38,216 nucleotides of DNA from Pedosphaera sp. (GTDB lineage Bacteria; Verrucomicrobiota; Verrucomicrobiia; Limisphaerales; SXTU01). Of this stretch, positions 34,501-38,216 are shown piece by piece. Numbering within the stretch: the stretch's first letter is position 1; each line of letters starts with the position of its first letter. Both the position numbers and the translations under genes were made by a program. The DNA is taken from contig SIBB01000001.1 in NCBI GenBank assembly GCA_009695395.1, forward strand, positions 1-38,216, written 5' to 3'. A model generated the notes under the pieces. That model was not told the origin of the DNA. It searched no databases and saw only the letters and a program-made list of their open reading frames with translations.

Positions 34501-35791
34501 CGCCACCGGCCAGCGGGCCTGGCAGGCCACGCTGGTGCCGGCCCATGCCCAGAATCCATACTGGGACGGCACGCGCCTGCATCTTTTTCGCGCCCCCGCC
34601 GCGGGCAATCTCGAGCACTTTACCTTCAACCCCGCCACCGGCGACACCGTCGCGCATCATGAGATCGACACGAGGCCGGAGGGTCAATCGGGTGCGAACG
34701 TCCGCCTGATCCCCGGCGGTGGCTACGAAGTCCGCTTCGCACCCACCTCGGCCCGTTACTTTCGCCTCACCACGCTCTCCAGCTCCGGTGGCACCGGTGA
34801 CTACGCTTCCGCCGCGGAGTTTTACCTGCTCGGCCCCGATCACAAGCGCCTGCCCCGCGACGGCTGGACCGCGACCGCCGATCACGAACCCAACGCCGGC
34901 CTCAGAGCCAAGCCCCGCAACGCCATCGACGGCGACCTCAATACATGGTGGCACTCCCAGTGGATGAATGGCCAGACGCCGCACCCGCACTATTTCACCA
35001 TCGACCTCGGCGCCGCCCAGACCCTTGGCGGCCTTCACTACCTGCCGGCGAAAATCATCAACAACAATGGCATGATCGCCGATTACGAACTCCACGTGAG
35101 TCAGGACGGCAAGGCATGGGGCGCGCCGGTTTCCAAGGGCAGCGTTACCGAAGCCGTCAGGGTCCGGATCCCCGAGCAAGCGGCATCCCTCCCCGCCTTC
35201 TTTGAGGCGCGCCGCTTTCTGCGGGGTGTGGCATCCGTCTATCGCTACGACGCCGCCGGCAAGGCCGTCGCCGTCTATGAAACTGGCAGCCTCCAGCGCG
35301 ACGCCGGACCCTACAGCCTCCTCTCCTTCCGCGACAAACCCGCCGGCCCGGAAACCCTCGTCGTGCGCCGCGCCGACGATCCATCCTACGTCTTCCCGCT
35401 CCCGGTTCCGAATGACCGCGCAAACCACTTCCAATTCGACGGCGACCACGCCATCTCCCAGCAAGGCAGACTCGAAATCATCGACTTTAAAGCCAAGCGC
35501 CTGCTCACCATCCCCGGCGACGAAAAATCGCCCATCCACCAAGCGGGATTCCTCTGCCGCATCGGCCCCGATCGTCTGCTCAAAATCGTCGTCCGCGACA
35601 ACAAGCAGCACGCCTTCAGCATCGACCTCCGGAGCGGGGAAGTCACCGAGGGGGCCTTCGAAAACCAGAGCGAGCCCATCGCCGCGAGCCGCCTCCTCCA
35701 GTCCGGCCACAAATCCCACTACCTGACCTTCGACCGCACCTTCCTCTCCTACGACAACACCACCCTCACCGCCTGGGTTGCCGCGCCATAG
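31568..35791 (+). CDS. Giant secreted protein, paralog 2 (1407 aa): same architecture as paralog 1 plus an inserted F5/8 type C (discoidin) module
   Basis: Signal peptide MKRPILILTALFLGALVAPAAAPA. It is collinear with paralog 1 from the N-terminus (DPRWADALKAYSQG...HPGDLDLAAACYERI) to the C-terminus (...FDRTFLSYDNTTLTAWVAAP). It starts 4 nt after the paralog 1 stop. Confidence 0.85.
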   Translation: MKRPILILTALFLGALVAPAAAPADDPRWADALKAYSQGLREVGHRLLSALAAEHPGDLDLAAACYERILKNVSLPSPKAPTVTDNPWITLATERLLALERLGAHSANTDLIRSAASVESRLAVARSHFLDAFETITRLRAENPHDLFWRMTEVRILRSMGLPEADARIAELKQDYDPDHSDPGKRAEWEWIATEINPSGNPPLEARPAWARQQVRVPDPVPVPPEGSPVSLLAPEDPDDRWRVINNPSPKGGVGALDRLLGYTYAAAEGVPWRAGRGLLDSSRALDLHLLSKPAPELEALRQEQEAQFARHAQAAGRTGAGILAASRRYAWSRSAQTLLIKFASEALWDGRFESAGRSFHDVLLHASDPALREAAQTGIWTALALSGGAAEVLAQPAAFEPGKTYPWMGRLTKGSEIRAALQATLRPAPPVVAPSLQTLRPHVLNLPPVAPWPSGESSGGFGVDLQVAGNRVVASARNVVAVYDAAKPGAPLWAHVQHRSAAPPQHHWPGYYRGLIEDGTIFSRWSVTELPSGLAAFDLASGDPLWTALSENPWNDRGGPRPKRSSDGKKQPLRFSVPMGDPVRADGHLYYLQWDSAHDLHSKQGTHLNLVCFDPSTGQPRWTASLTDHRFVGDFRSPTTAIYGNSVTVHRGAVYSCNNSGQIFRSDVRDGRIEWAHNYRHHPTSAEFLGSAPIIAGSSVIFLPRDSGVAVALDQRTGFLVWENPFIRGAEALGIWQDTLVVRGVATLAGLDLATGKTRWSRNLTGRTLDRSQLIADSIYLGGADALVRLDARTGESLESRPWALQSERALTFTISGQDLYIVTDRPTDDPRQKVGQPLGPELASSAAPLKLPMQRAWSLSRPDATVALPPPGVSPGSAYVISDGLIECLDVSQRGTIRWRRFLNASSPTLHFVGDTLLLREKEVPHLPFGRVLAIDSKTGVTLWEAPVPVNHQHVFHFGTRILFHDGREKLVALDLATGQRAWQATLVPAHAQNPYWDGTRLHLFRAPAAGNLEHFTFNPATGDTVAHHEIDTRPEGQSGANVRLIPGGGYEVRFAPTSARYFRLTTLSSSGGTGDYASAAEFYLLGPDHKRLPRDGWTATADHEPNAGLRAKPRNAIDGDLNTWWHSQWMNGQTPHPHYFTIDLGAAQTLGGLHYLPAKIINNNGMIADYELHVSQDGKAWGAPVSKGSVTEAVRVRIPEQAASLPAFFEARRFLRGVASVYRYDAAGKAVAVYETGSLQRDAGPYSLLSFRDKPAGPETLVVRRADDPSYVFPLPVPNDRANHFQFDGDHAISQQGRLEIIDFKAKRLLTIPGDEKSPIHQAGFLCRIGPDRLLKIVVRDNKQHAFSIDLRSGEVTEGAFENQSEPIAASRLLQSGHKSHYLTFDRTFLSYDNTTLTAWVAAP
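34700..35160 (+). other. F5/8 type C (discoidin)-like module inserted in paralog 2
   Basis: WTATADHEPNAGLRAKPRNAIDGDLNTWWHSQW...PHPHYFTIDLGAAQTLGGLHYLPAKIINNNGMIADYELHVSQDGKAWG carries the NAIDGD-x-x-T-x-W, 'F.IDLG' and 'Y...VS.DG..W' signatures. It is preceded by a partial discoidin-tail-like segment, ARYFRLTTLSSSGGTGDYASAAEFYLLG. Paralog 1 has no counterpart at the equivalent position. Confidence 0.7.
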
Positions 35792-35806
35792 GGTCGGAGA
35801 GGAACA

Positions 35807-35826
35807 CAACAATTGGCAAATTGTTG
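35807..35826. terminator. Hairpin between convergent genes (candidate bidirectional terminator)
   Basis: CAACAATT-ggca-AATTGTTG is a perfect 8-bp stem with a 4-nt loop. It lies 16 nt after the paralog 2 stop and 35 nt after the stop of the convergent minus-strand ORF. The stem is AT-rich and there is no U-tract, so support is weak. Confidence 0.3.
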
Positions 35827-35860
35827 AACACGGTGATGAATCCGCTCCGGGGCCACCACC

Positions 35861-36379
35861 TCAACGGCCGCCGCCATTTCGACGTCGGGGAATTACGGAG
35901 GGAACGTCGTAGGCGCTGCTGAGTTTGAGGGTCAGATCTTTTTCCTCTTTCACGTCCTTGCCTCGGCGGCTGGAGGCCGCTGCTATTTCCTGCGGGTAGG
36001 CGTCTTCGAGGAGCAAGCGGTTGAGCTTGATCAGGGCGTCGCCCTCTCGGTTTTCCCTCAGCAGCCGCCTGGTCTCGGTGCGCAGACGGATGCCCGCAAA
36101 GCGGTTCGTCTCATGCACCAACGGGCCGCGGATTATTTTGTTCAGATCCGCCACCAGGAGTTTTTTCAGTTCGGCGGAGTCTGGACCTGAGTCTTCATAT
36201 TTCGCGAGAGACTGCTTGGTGAGGTCGGACAACTTGCTGTTGAGGTGGGCGGCCAGCTTGTTGTTGTTGTCTTTTAACGAGCTGGCCAACTGTGGAAACT
36301 TGACCAGGTCTGCGGCGACGAATTTCGGGGAAACGCGGCTGACCCTGAGCTTCACCTCGTCGCCTGCCATCAAATCCAT
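35861..36379 (-). CDS. Hypothetical protein or gene fragment (172 aa), no family recognised
   Basis: Only the C-terminal third of track ORF 35861..37312 looks protein-like: MDLMAGDEVKLRVSRVSPKFVAADLVKFPQLASSLKDNNNKLAAHLNSKLSDLTKQSLAKYEDSGPDSAELKKLL...LLEDAYPQEI. It has balanced K/E/D/L/N composition and lower GC. The rest of the ORF is antisense to other gene fragments and is Arg/Gly/His-rich. The ATGs at 36379 and 36370 may be fortuitous if the gene is 5'-truncated. Confidence 0.4.
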   Translation of the reverse strand: MDLMAGDEVKLRVSRVSPKFVAADLVKFPQLASSLKDNNNKLAAHLNSKLSDLTKQSLAKYEDSGPDSAELKKLLVADLNKIIRGPLVHETNRFAGIRLRTETRRLLRENREGDALIKLNRLLLEDAYPQEIAAASSRRGKDVKEEKDLTLKLSSAYDVPSVIPRRRNGGGR

Positions 36380-36403
36380 CTCGGCCGGCGCTTCGACCGG
36401 CCC

Positions 36404-36850
36404 GTGATGAACATCGGCTTTTCCGGCAACGGTCGGATGGACACGGCCGTCGGCGATCTGCTTGCGGAGATTGATGCCGCTGTTTACGTGATCGATTGCC
36501 TCCCAAACATGGGGCCGGCCGACGTGGCGGCGAAGTGCGTGCCGCTGGTGAAACAACTGCGCGCCGCGCGGCCGAACACGCCCATCGTGCTGGTGGAAGA
36601 CCGGCGATTCTCGAACTCGTGGATCACGCCGCTCAAGGAGAAGTTCCACGACGACAACCACGCGGCATTGCGCGCGGCTTACGAGCAATTGAAGAAGGAC
36701 GGCGTCACCAAGTTGCACTACATCGGCGGCGACCATCTCTACGGCGACGACAGCGAAGGCGCGACCGACGCCTCGCACGCCAGCGATCTCGGCTTCATGC
36801 GGCAGGCGGACATCTTCGAGCCGGTGATTCGCGCGGCACTGAAACCGTGA
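36404..36850 (+). pseudogene. 5'-truncated SGNH/GDSL-type hydrolase (C-terminal ~148 codons only)
   Basis: NIGFSGNGRMD...LAEIDAAVYVIDCLPNM...RAARPNTPIVLVED...TDASHASDLGF matches the middle-to-C-terminal part of SGNH esterases, including the catalytic D-x-x-H near the end. The N-terminal block carrying the GDS(L) serine is absent. Similarity begins abruptly at about 36404, next to the end of the oppositely oriented ORF. Confidence 0.6.
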
Positions 36851-36877
36851 GAAATCCCGTGCGCCGTGCGAAGTGAA

Positions 36878-37138
36878 ATGAAATCTTGGGGCAAACAATC
36901 GTTCCGCTCGTGTCTTGCGGTCGTGGGATTCTGGACAACCCTCACCGCACACGCGGCCATCCAGACGCCAGCGGATGAGCAGACCACCGCATTCATCAAG
37001 GAACATTGCCTTCCCTGTCACGGCGCGGAGAAAACGAAGGGCGATTTGCGGCTCGACCAGTTGGACACGGATTTCTTCAAGCCCAGCACCTTCGAGCGGT
37101 GGCGCGAGGTGGTGGTGCGCGTGCAGTCGGGCGAAATG
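36878..37138 (+). pseudogene. N-terminal stub (~87 codons) of a DUF1592/PSCyt3-type CxxCH protein, paralogous to 9464..11884
   Basis: MKSWGKQSFRSCLAVVGFWTTLTAHAA (signal peptide), then FIKEHCLPCHGAEKTKGDLRLDQLDTDFFKPSTFERWREVVVRVQSGEM. The intact gene reads FFKEHCLRCHGPEKAKGDLRLDQLDTDFAKPSTFDRWREISPRAQLGEM. The nucleotide core 37035-37112 aligns by eye to the reverse complement of about 11615-11692 with only about 6 mismatches. Similarity stops at GEM, and an out-of-context tail leads to a stop at 37186. Confidence 0.75.
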
Positions 37139-37208
37139 GTATTCTTGAAATTGTCCGCGCGCGGATGCGGCGCGGATGTAAGATAACACAGCTCCGCCGG
37201 ATGCTCGC
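37131..37208 (-). pseudogene. ~75-nt antisense scrap of a DUF1501 gene, paralogous to 8185..9456
   Basis: The plus strand 37133-37208 (atggtattcttgaaattgtccgcgcgcggatgcggcgcggatgtaagataacacagctccgccggatgctcgc) aligns by eye to plus strand 9101-9176 (atggtgttcttgaaattgtcggcgcgcggatgcggcgcggcggtgaggtaacacaactcggccggatgcccgc). The minus-strand translation HPAELCYLTSAPHPRADNFKNTIS compares with HPAELCYLTAAPHPRADNFKNTIS in the intact gene. Confidence 0.7.
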
Positions 37209-37287
37209 GGGATGAAAAGGCTTGACACCAGCATCCGGCCCGACAACTTTGGATTTGAATCACCCGTCGCGCCGCTTTTTTGCCGCC

Positions 37288-38055
37288 ATGAACATCGCCG
37301 AATTCTCCCCATCCCGTCCGGCGTCCATCCCCATCGTGCCGCGGCGGGGCAGTCGCGCCGCGGGTTTCACGCTTATCGAGCTGTTGGTGGTCATTGCCAT
37401 CATCGGCATTTTGGCCAGCATGCTCTTGCCAGCTTTGGGCAAGGCCAAGGAGAAGGGCCGGCGGGCCAAATGCGTCTCGAATCTGCAGCAGCAGGGCATG
37501 GCCAATGCGGTGTATCAGGACGACTTCGACAGCCGGTTCCCGTCCGCCAAAGACTACCTCCAAACCTACTATTCCTACGGCGGCAAGAACGGCACGGAAT
37601 ACGTCGTGACCAGCCGGTTGCTCAACCCCTACATCGGTATCACCGACCCGGTGACCACCACCACGGAGGGAGCGGCGCTGGCGTTCCGGTGCCCAAGCGA
37701 TAACGGAGCGACGCGGGCCGCATGGCCGGCGGATCGCAAGCCCACGCTTTTCGACACCTTCGGGAGCAGTTATTTCTACAACAGCGCCGCGAACAACAAC
37801 GACGGCACCAAGGGCCTGTTCCAAAAGCTCGCCCCGCAGGTGAACAACCCGGCGAAGGTGATTCTGGCGAACGATTTCTCCTTCGGCGTCCATGGGTTGA
37901 ACAGCGCCGTCTTCCAGTATTCCTACTGGCATGATGGCAGGTTGGGCTTTGGCAGCGTGCTGTTCGTGGACTCGCATGCGGACTACCTCCAGGCGACGCA
38001 AAACGCCCCCGACTTTCAGCACGGGGCGAACTGGACGTTTGTTTACAGCGATTGA
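37288..38055 (+). CDS. Prepilin-type N-terminal cleavage/methylation domain protein (type II secretion pseudopilin-like, DUF1559-like)
   Basis: The track ORF starts at 37222; I prefer the ATG at 37288. The classic class III signal is ...[46 protein letters not shown], with G at -1, F at +1 and E at +5. The C-terminal [21 protein letters not shown] resembles the H-x9-DG-type tail of PVC pseudopilin-like proteins. Confidence 0.85.
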   Translation: MNIAEFSPSRPASIPIVPRRGSRAAGFTLIELLVVIAIIGILASMLLPALGKAKEKGRRAKCVSNLQQQGMANAVYQDDFDSRFPSAKDYLQTYYSYGGKNGTEYVVTSRLLNPYIGITDPVTTTTEGAALAFRCPSDNGATRAAWPADRKPTLFDTFGSSYFYNSAANNNDGTKGLFQKLAPQVNNPAKVILANDFSFGVHGLNSAVFQYSYWHDGRLGFGSVLFVDSHADYLQATQNAPDFQHGANWTFVYSD

Positions 38056-38216
38056 AGCCCGGCGGAATCTTGCCGCCTTTGCCGGTTCCATATTGTGCTC
38101 GGTTTGCACTGAAATTGGTTCTGGACAAGGAGCATACCGCGATTTCTACTGGCAAAAAGCTTAAACGCTAGGCGGCAAGTTTGCCGCATAATAAGAATGT
38201 TAGGCCACATTCGCAC

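Larger units (their letters stand above)
27793..35791 (+). repeat. Tandem duplication: two head-to-tail copies of a ~3.8-4.2 kb gene
   Basis: Blocks align by eye at nucleotide level. For example, 28921-29100 versus 32651-32830 differ at only scattered positions. The 45-nt stretch gacgccgc(a/c)aaacccggcgccccgctgtgggctcacgtgca(ac/gc)a(g/c) occurs at about 29284 and about 33020. Other blocks are recognisable only at protein level. Confidence 0.85.

Noticed and set aside
33137-35812. 891-aa minus-strand ORF antisense to paralog 2. Similar long antisense ORFs include 25688-27610 (640 aa), 329-1891, 1876-3468, 4985-6313, 8017-9012, 9374-10525, 12591-13361, 13883-14980, 15658-16749, 18098-19012, 18918-20138, 21891-22934, 22808-23926, 29632-30792 and 32081-33091.
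   Set aside because: They are shadow ORFs typical of high-GC DNA. Their translations are dominated by Arg/Gly/Ala/His/Pro runs with no motifs. Each lies opposite a sense ORF with clear family signatures, signal peptides and operon-consistent boundaries.
37222-37250. Perfect TTGACA hexamer (37222-37227), 60 nt upstream of the prepilin-like gene start, as a possible -35 promoter element.
   Set aside because: No credible -10 lies at 16-19 nt spacing (AACTTT / ACTTTG). A single hexamer match is expected by chance, and PVC promoter consensus is uncertain.
36380-37312. The upstream two-thirds of the 483-aa minus-strand ORF 35861..37312.
   Set aside because: This part is antisense to the SGNH fragment and the DUF1592-like stub and has shadow-ORF composition. 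Only 35861-36379 looks like genuine coding sequence.
37018-38109. 363-aa minus-strand ORF overlapping the prepilin-like gene.
   Set aside because: It is antisense to a gene with a textbook class III signal peptide. Its only meaningful segment is the ~25-codon DUF1501 scrap (HPAELCYLTSAPHPRADNFKNTIS), which is already reported as a pseudogene fragment.
38061-38187. Two small hairpins after the prepilin-like gene: GGCGG-aatcttg-CCGCC followed by TTT at 38061-38080, and GCGGCA-agtt-TGCCGC at 38172-38187.
   Set aside because: The stems are only 5-6 bp and there is no convincing U-tract. That is too weak to call terminators, and the second may belong to a gene outside the window.
1-38216. Scan for CRISPR arrays, tRNA/rRNA genes, integrase or recombinase genes, and classical defence genes (restriction enzymes, Cas, abortive-infection nucleases).
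   Set aside because: I saw no regularly spaced direct repeats with unique spacers, no cloverleaf-like or rRNA-like untranslated stretches, and no nuclease or recombinase motifs in any credible ORF. Intergenic space is minimal, and the only mobile-element trace is the IS3 orfA stub.

Overview
High-GC bacterial chromosomal segment. No rRNA, tRNA or CRISPR array was seen. All family assignments below come from motifs I read in the translations, not from any search. The gene content points to the PVC superphylum (Verrucomicrobiota or Planctomycetota): DUF1501, DUF1549/DUF1553 and DUF1592 'Planctomycete cytochrome' families, a formylglycine-type sulfatase, a prepilin-type N-methylation protein and a MoxR-DUF58-BatA cluster. 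The window has four parts. (1) 1-11884, minus strand: seven tightly packed genes. In transcription order they are DUF1592 CxxCH protein, DUF1501, sulfatase, DUF1549/DUF1553, a gluconolactonase-LRR fusion, a second DUF1501, and a Kelch-like protein that runs off the window. (2) 11885-12617: a visibly AT-richer divergent spacer with an 86-aa orphan gene and a decayed IS3-type orfA stub. (3) 12618-35791, plus strand: eleven genes with 1-4 nt overlaps or very short gaps. The first genes are MoxR AAA+, DUF58/vWA, an EF-hand secreted protein, BatA-N/vWA and a second vWA membrane protein. The rest are a multi-TM protein, a coiled-coil protein with a (GEGK)n tract, an exported prenyltransferase-like toroid, a HEAT lipoprotein and two giant tandem paralogs (1256 and 1407 aa, helical N-terminus plus PQQ-like beta-propellers). 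The second paralog carries a discoidin insertion. This extended cluster is my best candidate for an undescribed envelope system. (4) 35861-37210: a patchwork of gene fragments (5'-truncated SGNH esterase, DUF1592-like N-terminal stub, antisense DUF1501 scrap). Its junction can be explained by inversion at an 8-bp inverted repeat that the intact gene pair in this window also carries. An intact prepilin-like gene follows at 37288-38055. Most long antisense ORFs in the supplied track are GC-driven shadow ORFs.
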